DNA from: an uncultured Acidobacteriota bacterium
GTDB lineage: Bacteria > Acidobacteriota > Vicinamibacteria > Fen-336
Length of the DNA stretch: 64,000 nucleotides
Direction of reading: 5' to 3'
Assembly: GCA_963720545.1 (NCBI GenBank)
Contig: OY970399.1
Coordinates: 288,001 to 352,000, forward strand
Position 1 is the stretch's first letter; every line of letters begins with the position of its first letter. The position numbers and the translations under genes were made by a program. Under the pieces are notes generated by a model, which was not told the DNA's origin, ran no database searches, and worked only from the letters and a program-made list of their open reading frames with translations. Shown here piece by piece: positions 37,076 through 47,895 of this stretch.

Positions 37076-39454
37076 GTGATCGGCTCCCTTCTTTCCCATT
37101 ACCGGATCCTCGAGTCCCTCGGCGAGGGCGGCATGGGAGAGGTGTTCCTCGCCGAGGACGTGCGCCTCAAGCGCCAGGTCGCGATCAAGTTCCTGCGCGT
37201 GGACGGGCCGCACCCCGAGGAAGCCCGCGGCCGGCTGCTGCGCGAGGCGCGCGCGGCTTCGGCCCTCAACCATCCGAACATCGCGGTCATCTACGAGACC
37301 GACGAGATCGCCGGCGAGGACGGCGGCGAGCCGCGGCCGTTCATCGCGCTCGAGTACGTCCACGGTCGCCCGATCCTCGACCACGTGCGCACCCGCGGGC
37401 TCGACCTCGACGGCATCCTCGACCTCGTGATCCAGTCCTGCGACGCGCTCGCCGAGGCACACCGCCGCGGCGTCGTGCACCGCGACATCAAGCCCTCGAA
37501 CGTCCTCGTGACCGACTCGGGCCGGGTCAAGCTGCTCGACTTCGGCCTCGCCAAGTTCACCCCGCTCGGCGACGACGACGGCAACACCTGGACGCGCGAC
37601 GTCGCCGGCAACACCGCATCGGGTCGCGTGCTGGGCACGCTCGCCTACATGTCGCCCGAGCAGGCGCTCGGCAAGGAGGTGGACGGGCGCAGCGACTTGT
37701 TCTCGCTCGGCGCCCTGCTCCACGAGTTGCTCTCCGACGCTCCACCGTTCCGGCGCGACGGCGCCGTCGCCACACTCGACGCGATCCTGCGCGAGCCGCC
37801 GGCGTCGCTGCCCGCGCGATTCTCCGATCCGCGCCGGCCGCGGGTGGAAGAGGTGCTGGCGCGACTGCTCGCCAAGGACCGCAACGACCGCTACCCCTCG
37901 GGTGAAGAGGCGCGCGATGCGCTCGCCGCCGTGCGCGGCGGCGCCAGCGGCGCGCCCGCGCACAGCGGCTCGATCCTGCTGCGGTCGGCGGTCGCGGTGC
38001 TGCCCTTCGCCAACATCACGGGCGCAGCCGACGACGAATGGCTGGGCGCCGGCATCGCCGAGACCGTCAACGCCGACCTCGGCGGCATGTCGGGCGTCAC
38101 GGCCGTGCCGCGCGCCGAGATCGAGGCCGCCCTGCGGCACATCGCGGAGAACCGGCCCCAGGGCGACAGCGATCTCGACCGGCGCGTCGGGAAGCTGGTG
38201 GACGCGCGCTTCGTCGTCACCGGCGGCTTCCAGCGCATCGGCGAGACGGTGCGCGTCACCGCCCGCCTCTTCGACCTTGCCGACAACCGCCTGCTGCGCA
38301 CGGTCAAGGTGGACGGCTCGATGGGCGACATCTTCGCGGTGCAGGACCAGTTGGTGCGCGACCTGTCGGCGGAGCTTTCGGCCAAGCCGCCGTCGAGCGT
38401 CGACCCCTTCGAGACCACCGTCGTGGAGGCGTACGAGGCCTTCTCGAAGGGCCTGCTCAACCAGGATCTCGAGACCTACGAATCGGTGGAGCGCGCCATC
38501 CTTCACTACGAGCGGGCCACGGCGCTCGACCCCAACTACGTGCGCGCGCTGGTGGCGCTCGGCTCGGCCTACACCACCAAGGCGGGCTACCTGCCGGCGC
38601 CCGAGGTGAACCTGCGGGCGATCGCGGTGCTGCGCCGCGCGCTCGACCTGAGCCCCGCCAACGCGCGCGCCTGGCGCGACCTGGGCCTCGCCTTCCTCGA
38701 GGACGGCCGCACCGACGAAGCCATCGACGCCATCCGCCACGCGCTCGCGCTGGCGCCGGATGCGGCGGCGCCAGTGTCGGCGATGGGCCGCGTCCTCTTC
38801 ATCGGCACCGGCGACTTCGAGGGCGCGCTCAGCCACTACGAGCGCGCGGTGGCGGCCGACCCGCGGGCCGGCTGGTTCTGGCTGCAGCTCGCGCACTGCG
38901 CCACCCTCCTGGGCCGGTTCGATCGCGCGGAGGAGGCGGTCGACACCGCCGTGGCGCTCCAGGAGGCGTCCCTCTCCGGCAGCGAATCGGTGCACATCGC
39001 CGGCGCCTTCATGCGCCGCGGCCACCTGCGCTCGCTGCAGGGGCGCTACGAGGAAGCAGCCACGTGCTTCGAGCAGGAGCTGCGCTTCGTGGAACAGGTC
39101 GATCACGCGCTGCGGCGGCGGATGCTGGTGGAGCTGCACACCCGCACCGGCGAGGCGCTGCGCGGAGCGGGCCGGGCGGAGGGCTCCGTGATCGCCCTCG
39201 ACCGGGCCATCGCCGACTTCGAGATGCGCCTGCGCCTGGGGGCCGACGACCCCTTCACCCGCTACTACGCCGCCTGTGCCTATGCCCTGCGCGGCAACCA
39301 CGCAGCGGCGCTCAGCAGCCTCGAGCGGGCCGTGCGGGTGCGGCCCGGGTTCACCCTGGCGCGCGCCGTGCGCGAGCCCATGCTGCGCCCCCTGGCCGGC
39401 GACCCGGTCTTCAGCGAGATGCTGGCCCGGAAGTCCCTTATTGACCGTAAGTAG
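37076..39454 (+). CDS. Hanks-type Ser/Thr kinase with TolB-like and TPR domains
   Basis: [34 protein letters not shown]; TPRs. Confidence 0.92.
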   Translation: MIGSLLSHYRILESLGEGGMGEVFLAEDVRLKRQVAIKFLRVDGPHPEEARGRLLREARAASALNHPNIAVIYETDEIAGEDGGEPRPFIALEYVHGRPILDHVRTRGLDLDGILDLVIQSCDALAEAHRRGVVHRDIKPSNVLVTDSGRVKLLDFGLAKFTPLGDDDGNTWTRDVAGNTASGRVLGTLAYMSPEQALGKEVDGRSDLFSLGALLHELLSDAPPFRRDGAVATLDAILREPPASLPARFSDPRRPRVEEVLARLLAKDRNDRYPSGEEARDALAAVRGGASGAPAHSGSILLRSAVAVLPFANITGAADDEWLGAGIAETVNADLGGMSGVTAVPRAEIEAALRHIAENRPQGDSDLDRRVGKLVDARFVVTGGFQRIGETVRVTARLFDLADNRLLRTVKVDGSMGDIFAVQDQLVRDLSAELSAKPPSSVDPFETTVVEAYEAFSKGLLNQDLETYESVERAILHYERATALDPNYVRALVALGSAYTTKAGYLPAPEVNLRAIAVLRRALDLSPANARAWRDLGLAFLEDGRTDEAIDAIRHALALAPDAAAPVSAMGRVLFIGTGDFEGALSHYERAVAADPRAGWFWLQLAHCATLLGRFDRAEEAVDTAVALQEASLSGSESVHIAGAFMRRGHLRSLQGRYEEAATCFEQELRFVEQVDHALRRRMLVELHTRTGEALRGAGRAEGSVIALDRAIADFEMRLRLGADDPFTRYYAACAYALRGNHAAALSSLERAVRVRPGFTLARAVREPMLRPLAGDPVFSEMLARKSLIDRK

Positions 39455-39470
39455 CCGTCTTTGGTAGACT
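39441..39470 (+). promoter_or_regulatory. Sigma70-type promoter for the cold-shock gene
   Basis: TTGACC, 18 nt spacer, TAGACT with extended -10 TG. Confidence 0.6.
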
Positions 39471-39594
39471 CTCTCGTCTTTCCAGTAGTCGTTGCTGTGG
39501 CTTCGGAGCAACCGTCCTCTATGGGGCGGAGAGCGAAACCGCGGACGCGCAGGACGTCGCTGAGAAGCACCAGGCGAAGGAGGCCTGCACGTTC

Positions 39595-39795
39595 ATGTTC
39601 GAAGGCACTGTGAAGTGGTTCAACGATTCCAAGGGTTTCGGATTTCTTTCCCGCGAGGGCGGTCCGGATGTTTTCGTCCACCATTCGGCCATCCAGGCTA
39701 ACGGGTTCCGCACCCTGAGCGAAGGTGATCGCGTTCGTTTCGACATCGAGGAGAGCCCCAAGGGTCCTCGCGCCGCGAACGTCAGCCGCATCTAG
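39595..39795 (+). CDS. Cold-shock protein (CspA family)
   Basis: [29 protein letters not shown]. Confidence 0.97.
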   Translation: MFEGTVKWFNDSKGFGFLSREGGPDVFVHHSAIQANGFRTLSEGDRVRFDIEESPKGPRAANVSRI

Positions 39796-39820
39796 TTAAC
39801 ACGGAGAACCACTCCGAATC

Positions 39821-39856
39821 GCCCGGGGCGCCACAGCGCTCCGGGCTTTTTCTTTC
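39821..39856 (+). terminator. Intrinsic terminator after the csp gene
   Basis: GCCCGGGGCGC-caca-GCGCTCCGGGC stem followed by TTTTTCTTTC. Confidence 0.85.
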
Positions 39857-39880
39857 TGTCTTTCAGGGTAACTTGTCGCG

Positions 39881-40405
39881 GTGGCCCTCCACGCGAAGCT
39901 GCGCAGCCACCTCGGCGACATCACGAAGCTGGCGGTCGATGCGATCGTGAACGCCGCCAACCCGACGCTGCGCGGCGGCGGCGGCGTCGACGGCGCGATC
40001 CACGCGGCCGCCGGACCCGAGCTGCTCGCGGAATGCAGCCGCGTCGGGCCTTGCCCCACTGGCGACGCACGCCTCACGCGCGGCTACTCGCTGCCCGCGG
40101 GCCACGTCATCCACGCGGTCGGCCCGGTGTGGCGCGGCGGCGCTCACGGCGAATCCGACTTCCTCGCCGGCTGCTACGAGCGCGCGCTCGAGATCGCAAA
40201 CGCGCAGCGGTTTCGCAGCATCGCCTTCCCCAGCATTTCCACTGGCGCATTCGGCTACCCGCTGGAGCCTGCGGCGCGCATCGCCATCGACACCGTGCGC
40301 CGTTTCGTGAAGGAGCCGACGTCGCTCGAGGACGTGATCTTCTGCTGCTTCTCCCCGGAGGACCTGTCGGTCTACGACTCGCTGCTCTTCCGGATCGTCC
40401 GCTAG
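39881..40405 (+). CDS. Macro domain O-acetyl-ADP-ribose deacetylase (YmdB-like)
   Basis: GDIT..VDAIVNAAN..GGGGVDGAIH, VIHAVGP, SISTGAFGYP. Confidence 0.93.
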   Translation: MALHAKLRSHLGDITKLAVDAIVNAANPTLRGGGGVDGAIHAAAGPELLAECSRVGPCPTGDARLTRGYSLPAGHVIHAVGPVWRGGAHGESDFLAGCYERALEIANAQRFRSIAFPSISTGAFGYPLEPAARIAIDTVRRFVKEPTSLEDVIFCCFSPEDLSVYDSLLFRIVR

Positions 40406-40408
40406 CCG

Positions 40409-41656
40409 CTAGCCCAGCGCCGCGACCGCGGCGATCAGCCGTGCGACGTCGCTCGAGCTCGTGTAGCACGCGAGCCCCGCGCGTACCACGCCATCCTCGG
40501 CGCAGCCCAGCCTTGCGATCGCCGTCATCGCGTAGAAATCGCCGTTCGAAAGGAACAACCCCTCCTCGTTGAGCCGCCGGCAGACTTCGCCCGAACGCAT
40601 GCCGGAAACGGTGAACGCGAGCGTCTGCGTGCGCCTGGCGCCAGGCGGCCGGCCGTAGAGCCGCACGTGCGGCAGTGCGGCGAGACCGTTCCACAAGCCT
40701 GCGAAGAGAGCGTCGGCGGCGCCGTGCAGCACGTGGGCCGAACGCGCCAGCCGCTCGCGCCTGCTGCCGCCGTCCCCCGCGAGCGAAGCGAGAAAATCGA
40801 CCGCGGCGGCGGCGCCGACGATGCCCTCGTGGTTCTGGGTGCCGGTCTGCAGGCGCTGTGGCGCCGCATTCGATGCCGGCTCGACCTTGGGCACCGAGAG
40901 CGCCTCGAGCAGCGGCTTGCGTCCGAACAGCACGCCGAGGTGCGGGCCGTAGAACTTGTAGGGCGAGCATGCCAGGAAGTCGGCGCCGAGCGCGGCGACG
41001 TCGACGAGGCCGTGGGCCGCGTAGTGCACCGCGTCCACGAACACCAGCGCGCCTTGCGCATGCGCGCGGTCGGCGACCTTGCGCACGTCGTTGATGGTGC
41101 CGAGCGCGTTCGACGCCGCGCCGATCGCCACCAGCCTGGTCTTCGGCCCGATCAGCGACTCGATGTCGTCGTCGTGCAGCGCGGCCTTCTGCGCGTCGAA
41201 GCGGATCGCGCGGATGGCGACACCGCGCTCGATGGCGAGCGCCTTCCACGAGTCGACGTTCGCGTGATGGTCGAGCTCGGTCACCACCACCTCGTCGCCC
41301 GGGCCCCACGTGCGGCCGAGCGCCCGCGCCAGGTGGAAGGTCAGGGTCGTCATGTTCGGTCCGAACACGATCTCGTCGGGCGACGCCGCCAGGAAGTCGG
41401 CGAAGGCGCTGCGCGCGTCGCCGAGCATCCGGTCGGTCTCGCGGCTCGTCTCGTACTCCCACCCCGAGTTGGCGTTGTGATTGAGCAGGTAGTCCGAAAC
41501 GGCGGCGGCCACGACCTGCGGCACCTGCGTGCCGCCGGGACCGTCGAAAAAGGCCGCTTCCCTGCCGTGCACGCGGCGCGCCAGCGCGGGAAAGGCGGCG
41601 CGGATGCTGTCGAGGTCGGTGGCGAGGGCGGGCTTTGGCAGCGTCGTGGAATTCAT
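40409..41656 (-). CDS. Cysteine desulfurase-like class V PLP enzyme
   Basis: DGPGGTQ, LDHHAN, DAVH, CSPYKF.GPH, TGTQN. Confidence 0.88.
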   Translation of the reverse strand: MNSTTLPKPALATDLDSIRAAFPALARRVHGREAAFFDGPGGTQVPQVVAAAVSDYLLNHNANSGWEYETSRETDRMLGDARSAFADFLAASPDEIVFGPNMTTLTFHLARALGRTWGPGDEVVVTELDHHANVDSWKALAIERGVAIRAIRFDAQKAALHDDDIESLIGPKTRLVAIGAASNALGTINDVRKVADRAHAQGALVFVDAVHYAAHGLVDVAALGADFLACSPYKFYGPHLGVLFGRKPLLEALSVPKVEPASNAAPQRLQTGTQNHEGIVGAAAAVDFLASLAGDGGSRRERLARSAHVLHGAADALFAGLWNGLAALPHVRLYGRPPGARRTQTLAFTVSGMRSGEVCRRLNEEGLFLSNGDFYAMTAIARLGCAEDGVVRAGLACYTSSSDVARLIAAVAALG

Positions 41657-41697
41657 GGGCGCAAAGCTTAATGGCTGGGCGCTACACTGGTAAAACC

Positions 41698-42618
41698 ATG
41701 AGCCCTCGACAGAACCAGGACGACGACTACCGCGGCCTCGAACTCGACACTCACGAAGCCGATGCCGAGCCCGATCTCGGCTACGCGGCGGGCGGTAGCC
41801 TTGAGCGAAGCAGCGGCGGTGGCGGCGGCAATACGGCGGCCATCATCTTCGGCAGCCTCGGGCTGCTGCTTCTGGGCGCCGCGGGCTTCGTCGCCTATAC
41901 CAAGCTCTTCTCGCGGCCGCAGGCGCCGCCGGCACCAATCGTCGCCGCGGCAACCCCCGCTGCAGCCGCAACCCCGACGCCGCCGGTCCTGCCTCCGCTC
42001 GCCGACAGCGACGGCTTCATCCGCGGCCTGCTGGCGCCGCTCTCTCCCGATCCTCTGTTCGCGAAGTGGCTGGAGCAGGACGGCCTGGTGCGCCGCTTCG
42101 CGACCGCGGCCGACGTGATGCAGGGCGGCGGCCTGCCGCGCGGGCCGCTCGCCTTCCTCGCCTCGCGCGAGAAGTTCGCGGCCGACAGCCGCGGCCGCGG
42201 CTTCGTCATGGCGCAGCGCACCTGGGCGCGCTACGACGGGGTCGCGAACGCCGTCGCCTCGCTCGACGCGGCGTCCTGCGCGCGCATCTTCGGCTGGGTC
42301 ACGCCGCTTCTCGACGAGGCCTACAAGCAGCTCGGCCACCCGCAGGGCGGCGTCACCACGGCTGTCAACGATTCGCTCGCCGAGCTTCTTGAAGTGCAGG
42401 TGCCCGCCGAACCGGTGGCTCTCAATCGCGTCGACTCGGCGCGCGGCATCTACACCTTTGCCGACCGCGACCTCGAGACGCTGTCGGCGGTGCAGAAGGC
42501 GCTGGTGCGGATGGGGCCGAGCAACGCCGGGAAGATCCAGGCGAAGCTCTCGGAGATACGCCCGCTGCTGCCGGCAGAGGCGGCGCCGGCTACGCCAGCG
42601 GCCTCACCCGCGAACTGA
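41698..42618 (+). CDS. DUF3014-like membrane-anchored protein
   Basis: Single TM; LP.LA.SD, ARYD, PLLDEAY..LG.P, LE.LS..QK.L.RMGP.N. Confidence 0.75.
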   Translation: MSPRQNQDDDYRGLELDTHEADAEPDLGYAAGGSLERSSGGGGGNTAAIIFGSLGLLLLGAAGFVAYTKLFSRPQAPPAPIVAAATPAAAATPTPPVLPPLADSDGFIRGLLAPLSPDPLFAKWLEQDGLVRRFATAADVMQGGGLPRGPLAFLASREKFAADSRGRGFVMAQRTWARYDGVANAVASLDAASCARIFGWVTPLLDEAYKQLGHPQGGVTTAVNDSLAELLEVQVPAEPVALNRVDSARGIYTFADRDLETLSAVQKALVRMGPSNAGKIQAKLSEIRPLLPAEAAPATPAASPAN

Positions 42619-44181
42619 AGGCGGCTTGCGCCACCGGGTCGCCTGCTCGTAGCCGAACGCGATCCGCAGCAGCACCGGCTCGCTCCAGGCGCGGCCCATG
42701 AACGAGATGCCGATCGGCAGGCCCGCGACGTAGCCGGACGGCACGGTGATGTTCGGGTAGCCCGCCACCGCCGCCGGGCTCGAGCTGCCACCGCCGAAGT
42801 GATCGCCCACGATGCAGTCGGTCAGCCAGGCCGGCCCGCCGGTGGGCGCGACGATCGCATCGAGCTTGCCCTTGTCGAGAGAGCGGTCGAGGCCCTCGGC
42901 GCGCGACAGGCGGGTGTTCTTGGCGAGCGCGTCCAGGTAAACCTTGTCGGTCAGCGGCCCCTTCTTCTGCGCGTCGAGGAAGGTCTCCTGGCCAAAGCAG
43001 CTCATCTCCTTGTCCTTGTTGGCTTCGTTGAAGTCGATGACGTCCTGCAGCGACTTCACGCGCGCACCGGGACCGAGCGTCGCGAGGTACGCGGCGAGGT
43101 CGGCCTTCAGCTCGTAGAGGAGCACCTCGGTCTCGCTGTATTCCGAGGTGTGGGCGATTTCCGTCGGATCGACGAGCACGGCGCCCGCCTTCTTGAGCGC
43201 GCCGAGCGCCTCCTCGAAGAGGCGGTCGACTTCGCGGTTGAAGCCGAGGAACTGGCGCGCCACGCCGATGCGCGCGCCTTTCAATCCGTCCGGCACCAGG
43301 AACTTCGTGTAGTCCGCGGCCGCATGCCCCTGTGCCGCGGCGGTCGCGGCATCGCGCGGATCGGCGCCGGCCAGCACCGAGAGCAGCAGCGCCGCATCGT
43401 GAACGGTGCGGGTCATGGGACCCGCGGTGTCCTGCGTGTGCGAGATGGGGATGATGCCGGCGCGGCTCACGAGACCGACCGTCGGCTTGATGCCGACGAG
43501 CGCGTTCGCGTTCGAGGGGCACACCACCGAGCCGTCGGTCTCGGTGCCGATGCCGCAAAGCGCCAGGTTGGCGCCGACCGCGGCGCCGGTGCCCGAGGAG
43601 GAGCCGCAGGGGTTGCGCGCGGGATCGTAGGGGTTCTTGCACTGGCCGCCGCGCGCCGACCAGCCCGAGGTGGACTGGCTGGAGCGGATGTTGGCCCATT
43701 CGCTCATGTTGGCCTTGCCGAGGAAGACGACGCCGGCCGCGCGCAGCCGCGCGGCAACACTGCTGTCGCGCGGCGCGATCGAGCCTTCGAGCGCGAGCGA
43801 ACCCGCCGTGGTGGTGAGTGTGTCGTGGGTGTCGATGTTGTCCTTCAGCACCATCGGGATGCCGTGCAGCGGTCCGCGTGCGCCTTTCGCCTTGCGCTCG
43901 GCATCGAGTGCCGCGGCAATGCGCGGCGCCTCGCCGTTCAGCTCGATCATGCTGTGCAGCGCGGGCCCCTTGCGGTCCATGGCTTCGATGCGCGCGAGAT
44001 AGGCGCTGGTCAGCGACTCGGCCGTGAGCGTGCCGGCCTGCATCGCCGCCTGCGCTGCCGCAATCGTCAGCTCCTCGACGCTCGCGGGTTCGGCGGCCAG
44101 CGCCGCACCCGCGCCGCGCAGGACCGAAACTCCGGCTGCGGTGCCGGCGACGACGCGGCCGAGAAAATCGCGGCGAATCAT
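42604..44181 (-). CDS. Amidase signature family enzyme with Tat signal
   Basis: RRDFL; LKDNI, GSSSG, GTETDGS. Confidence 0.92.
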   Translation of the reverse strand: MIRRDFLGRVVAGTAAGVSVLRGAGAALAAEPASVEELTIAAAQAAMQAGTLTAESLTSAYLARIEAMDRKGPALHSMIELNGEAPRIAAALDAERKAKGARGPLHGIPMVLKDNIDTHDTLTTTAGSLALEGSIAPRDSSVAARLRAAGVVFLGKANMSEWANIRSSQSTSGWSARGGQCKNPYDPARNPCGSSSGTGAAVGANLALCGIGTETDGSVVCPSNANALVGIKPTVGLVSRAGIIPISHTQDTAGPMTRTVHDAALLLSVLAGADPRDAATAAAQGHAAADYTKFLVPDGLKGARIGVARQFLGFNREVDRLFEEALGALKKAGAVLVDPTEIAHTSEYSETEVLLYELKADLAAYLATLGPGARVKSLQDVIDFNEANKDKEMSCFGQETFLDAQKKGPLTDKVYLDALAKNTRLSRAEGLDRSLDKGKLDAIVAPTGGPAWLTDCIVGDHFGGGSSSPAAVAGYPNITVPSGYVAGLPIGISFMGRAWSEPVLLRIAFGYEQATRWRKPPSVRG

Positions 44182-44240
44182 GTTCCCTCCCGTATCGCGC
44201 GGAGCTTACAACGCGGTGGTTTACTATTCCCCTGCAAACA

Positions 44241-45611
44241 GTGATCGGCACGACCCTCAAGCACTACGAGATCGAAGCCCTCATCGGCAAGGGCGGCATG
44301 GGCGAGGTGTATCGCGCCCGCGACGTGCGCCTCGGGCGCGCCGTCGCGCTCAAGATCCTGCCGCAGGAATTCACCGCCGACCCGCAGCGACGCTCGCGCT
44401 TCATGCAGGAGGCGCGCGCGGCCTCGGCGGTCAACCATCCGTCGATCGCGCAGGTGTACGACGTCGACGAGGTGGACGGCACGGTGTTCCTGGCGATGGA
44501 GCTCGTCGAGGGCAAGACGCTGCGCGCGCTCATCAAGAACAAGGAGCTCGACCTCCTCGGCTCGCTCGAGATCGCGCAGCAGGTGGCGGGCGGCCTCGGC
44601 AAGGCACACGACGCGAACATCGTGCACCGCGACATCAAGCCCGAGAACATCGTGGTCTCGCCCGAAGGGCACGCGAAGATCCTCGACTTCGGCCTCGCCA
44701 AGCTGCTGGAGCCGACCGCCCCGGGCGAAGACGACGTCTCGCACATGGAGACGCTCGCGAAGACCCAGTCGGGGATGATCATGGGCACGCTGCGCTACAT
44801 GAGCCCGGAACAGGCGCGCGGCCAGGAGGTGGACGCGCGCAGCGACATCTTCTCGCTCGGCATCGTCCTCTACGAGATGGTCACCGGCCAGCTGCCGTTC
44901 TCCGGCGCCACCGCGCTCGACACGCTGCACGCGATCGCCTACGAAGAGACGCGGCCCGTGACCGCCCTGCGCGCCAACATCCCGCCGTCCATCCAGCGCA
45001 TCGTCTCGCGCTGCCTGCGCAAGCAGGCGAAGGACCGCTACCCGGGCGTGCGCGAGCTGGTCAGCGACCTGCGCACCGCGCAGAAGGACATCGAGAGCGG
45101 CGCCGCCAGCGTGGTCGCGCCGCTCGACGAACGCATCCAGGGCTGGTGGTCGTCGCTCTTCAGCGCCGCGCTGCGGCGCCAGTCGCTGCTGCTGGTCGCG
45201 GTGATGGCGCTGCTCGCCGTCGCCCTCATCGTCGCCATCGCACGCGGCAGCGACTTCTGGCCATCGCTCATCGGCTTCACGTTCTTCGCGATGTTCATGT
45301 ACCGGCGCATCCGCAACCGCAAGTACTACACGATCCGCAACCTCGCCACCAAGCTGAAGAAGATGCCCGACGTGCGTCTCGCCGTCGCCGACGGCCAGCA
45401 GCTGACGCTCGTCACCGAGAACGCCCTCGCCAAGACCTACGTCCGCGCCCACGCGCTGGTGAACGAGGTCAACAGCAAGATGCTCTACGGCGACGCCTTC
45501 ACTCTGGTGATTCGCGACAACCCGCCCGAAGACGAGGTGCGCACGCTGCTGACGAGCCCCAGCATCATGTACGTGCGCGACGAAGCGAAGGCGGCCCGCC
45601 GCCGCGGTTAG
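44241..45611 (+). CDS. Ser/Thr kinase with C-terminal TM hairpin
   Basis: GKGGMG, HRDIKPEN, DFG, YMSPE; two hydrophobic segments then a ~100 aa tail. Confidence 0.9.
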   Translation: MIGTTLKHYEIEALIGKGGMGEVYRARDVRLGRAVALKILPQEFTADPQRRSRFMQEARAASAVNHPSIAQVYDVDEVDGTVFLAMELVEGKTLRALIKNKELDLLGSLEIAQQVAGGLGKAHDANIVHRDIKPENIVVSPEGHAKILDFGLAKLLEPTAPGEDDVSHMETLAKTQSGMIMGTLRYMSPEQARGQEVDARSDIFSLGIVLYEMVTGQLPFSGATALDTLHAIAYEETRPVTALRANIPPSIQRIVSRCLRKQAKDRYPGVRELVSDLRTAQKDIESGAASVVAPLDERIQGWWSSLFSAALRRQSLLLVAVMALLAVALIVAIARGSDFWPSLIGFTFFAMFMYRRIRNRKYYTIRNLATKLKKMPDVRLAVADGQQLTLVTENALAKTYVRAHALVNEVNSKMLYGDAFTLVIRDNPPEDEVRTLLTSPSIMYVRDEAKAARRRG

Positions 45612-47855
45612 TCACAGACCGCACGCGAGCGCGCGCGGTCTGCATGGAGTCTCCCTCGCGCTGCCGCCGCGCGCCGTCCACCACCGCGCCAGCTCGCGCC
45701 GTTCGGCGCAATTGTGGTCGACACCCATGCCGGCGGCGAGCCCGCGCTTTTCACTCGACGTGAGCCGCCAGCTGAGCGCCACGTCCTGCACGATGCCGGC
45801 CTCGTCTTTCTGCGCCTGAGCTGCGACCGCCGCCGGCACTGTTCCGGGAGCCGCGGACATCGTCTGCACCTCTTTGGGGTCGCTGCGGCTCGGCGCATGC
45901 GCCGGGAAGACCGGCTCGAACACGAAGGTGCGCAGGAACGGCGCCTCGGCGCCTGCCGCAGGTTCGCCGCCACCGTTCCACGAATCGTTGAGGAACGAGA
46001 CGGCGGCGTCGTTGCGAAACGCCATCGCGGCGTCCCGACTGTTGCGAATCGCTTCCAGCGGGCCAAGCACCCCGGCCAGCTGGTAGAGCCACGAACGCCT
46101 GCTCTCGCTCAAGCTCTGTTTGCCTGCCCGGGTCCAGGTGTCCGGTATTTGGATGAGCGCCACACCGCCCGTCTGTTCACGAATGAAGGCGCGGTTGTGC
46201 CACAGCCAGGAAACAGCGAGTTCGACTCCGTGCTCGTCGTAGAAGCCTGCGTCCATCACGCGGCGCGCCGGTTTCGTGGGCAATTCGGTCGCCGAAATCA
46301 CGTAGGGGAACGTGGCGTTGAGGCGCAGCGCGGTGCTCAGTTTCAGGTCCTCGCCGCCGAACGCCTTGAAGAATTCGATCGACTGCAGCGAACCCACGGC
46401 TCTCGTGGGCAGCTCGATACGGGTCAGAGGCGCCAGGTCGAGGTTGCTGATGAGCAGCCGGCGCCCGTCTTCGACGATGAAGGGCGCCAGCACCAGCGAC
46501 GGCGCACCGCCGGTTGATTCGACAGCCGCGAGACTACGAAAGGTGGTGGCCGTCCCGAGGCCGGGAATGCCTTCGAATGCGGCATCGAGGGCGGTACCCC
46601 GGTCTTTCGTCGGGTGCAGGAACGGCGGCAGCAGGAAGTCGACGAAGAACATCTGCCGCGCGACAGGGCCGAGAAAATCGCCGGCCACGGAGCATGCGAG
46701 GGCGTCGTCATAGGCCCTGCGGTCTGGTGGAGCCAGGCCCTCGACTCGCTGGCTCGAGCCAAGGAAAGCGGCTGCGCCGACCATTCCGCCAGACGCTCCG
46801 CTCACCAAGCGCGTGTGCGCGGTAAACCCGTCGAGGTCTTGGTCGAGCTGCTGCAGCACGCTGAGCGTCCAGAGCGCCGCGCGGCTGCCGCCGCCGTCGA
46901 TTGCCAACACGATGAGCAGCGGCTTGGGCGACTGCGGGAACTTCGCACGCCATGCCGCAAGCACCCCGGCGTCGCCGAGCAGCGCCGGCGCCGACGGCAG
47001 CGGAGCTGCGAGCTCGGCGGCCGGCCGCGCGTTGCGGTAGAGTGCGTCGAGGCTCGGGAGCGGCAACCGATGCCCGCCCGCCGTCTGCAGCGCGGCCCAT
47101 AGTCCGCAGACGAGGGCCACGGCGCCGAAGCTGTAGCGCGGCCAATGGAACCGGATGAAGCCGTAGACAGAGGCGACGACGCCGAGGAAGACACAAAGCG
47201 CGAGCGACACCGGCACCGCGACCCCGCGCGCGTGCAGGAAGCCCATGCCGACGATCACGGCCACGCCGAGGATCGCCTGGTAGAACGACAGGTAGTGAAA
47301 CGGCTGCTCGTCGCTGCTGCGGCCCGCGGCCGCGTCGCGCACGAAGCGCGGCGCGAAACGGGCCAGGAGCGCGCCGCAGGTTCGCGCCAGCCAGAACGCG
47401 ATCCTCACGATCGCGAATAGAGCGACGAGGGCGGCAGCGGGGAGCGGCCAGTGGCTGACGTCGCGTGGCGCCCACCAAAGCCCCGCGGAGCATGCGACGA
47501 CGATGATGGCCGAAGTGGCTGCCAGGTAGCGCACGAACAGCCGTTGGAGATCGCCCGGCGTGCGCACCTCGGCGAGCGCGCGCTGCGGATCGATGCCTGC
47601 CGGGCCCTCGAGCAGGGCTCCCGTCCCGCCGAGAATGGCCGCGAGGTAGCCGACCCCGAGACCCGCTGCAATTTGCGACAACCACTTCTCGTGCCAGAAG
47701 AGGTCCGGCACGCCAAAGTTTCTAAGGATGAAGTAGTCGCAGATGCCGACGATGACCAGGGCTTCGACGAAGAGCACCGGGAAGGCAGCGAACCACCGGG
47801 CCAGCGGCCGGATCCAGATCACGAGCCGCCCAAGGAAGGAAAAGATCCGCTTCAT
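45612..47855 (-). CDS. Multi-TM patatin-like phospholipase
   Basis: GGGSRA, GASGG, DAG motifs after a hydrophobic N-terminus; start taken as ATG 47855. Confidence 0.75.
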   Translation of the reverse strand: MKRIFSFLGRLVIWIRPLARWFAAFPVLFVEALVIVGICDYFILRNFGVPDLFWHEKWLSQIAAGLGVGYLAAILGGTGALLEGPAGIDPQRALAEVRTPGDLQRLFVRYLAATSAIIVVACSAGLWWAPRDVSHWPLPAAALVALFAIVRIAFWLARTCGALLARFAPRFVRDAAAGRSSDEQPFHYLSFYQAILGVAVIVGMGFLHARGVAVPVSLALCVFLGVVASVYGFIRFHWPRYSFGAVALVCGLWAALQTAGGHRLPLPSLDALYRNARPAAELAAPLPSAPALLGDAGVLAAWRAKFPQSPKPLLIVLAIDGGGSRAALWTLSVLQQLDQDLDGFTAHTRLVSGASGGMVGAAAFLGSSQRVEGLAPPDRRAYDDALACSVAGDFLGPVARQMFFVDFLLPPFLHPTKDRGTALDAAFEGIPGLGTATTFRSLAAVESTGGAPSLVLAPFIVEDGRRLLISNLDLAPLTRIELPTRAVGSLQSIEFFKAFGGEDLKLSTALRLNATFPYVISATELPTKPARRVMDAGFYDEHGVELAVSWLWHNRAFIREQTGGVALIQIPDTWTRAGKQSLSESRRSWLYQLAGVLGPLEAIRNSRDAAMAFRNDAAVSFLNDSWNGGGEPAAGAEAPFLRTFVFEPVFPAHAPSRSDPKEVQTMSAAPGTVPAAVAAQAQKDEAGIVQDVALSWRLTSSEKRGLAAGMGVDHNCAERRELARWWTARGGSARETPCRPRALACGL

Positions 47856-47895
47856 CGTGACCGCAGTGTAGGCGGCACCGCTAACATGCGAGGTC

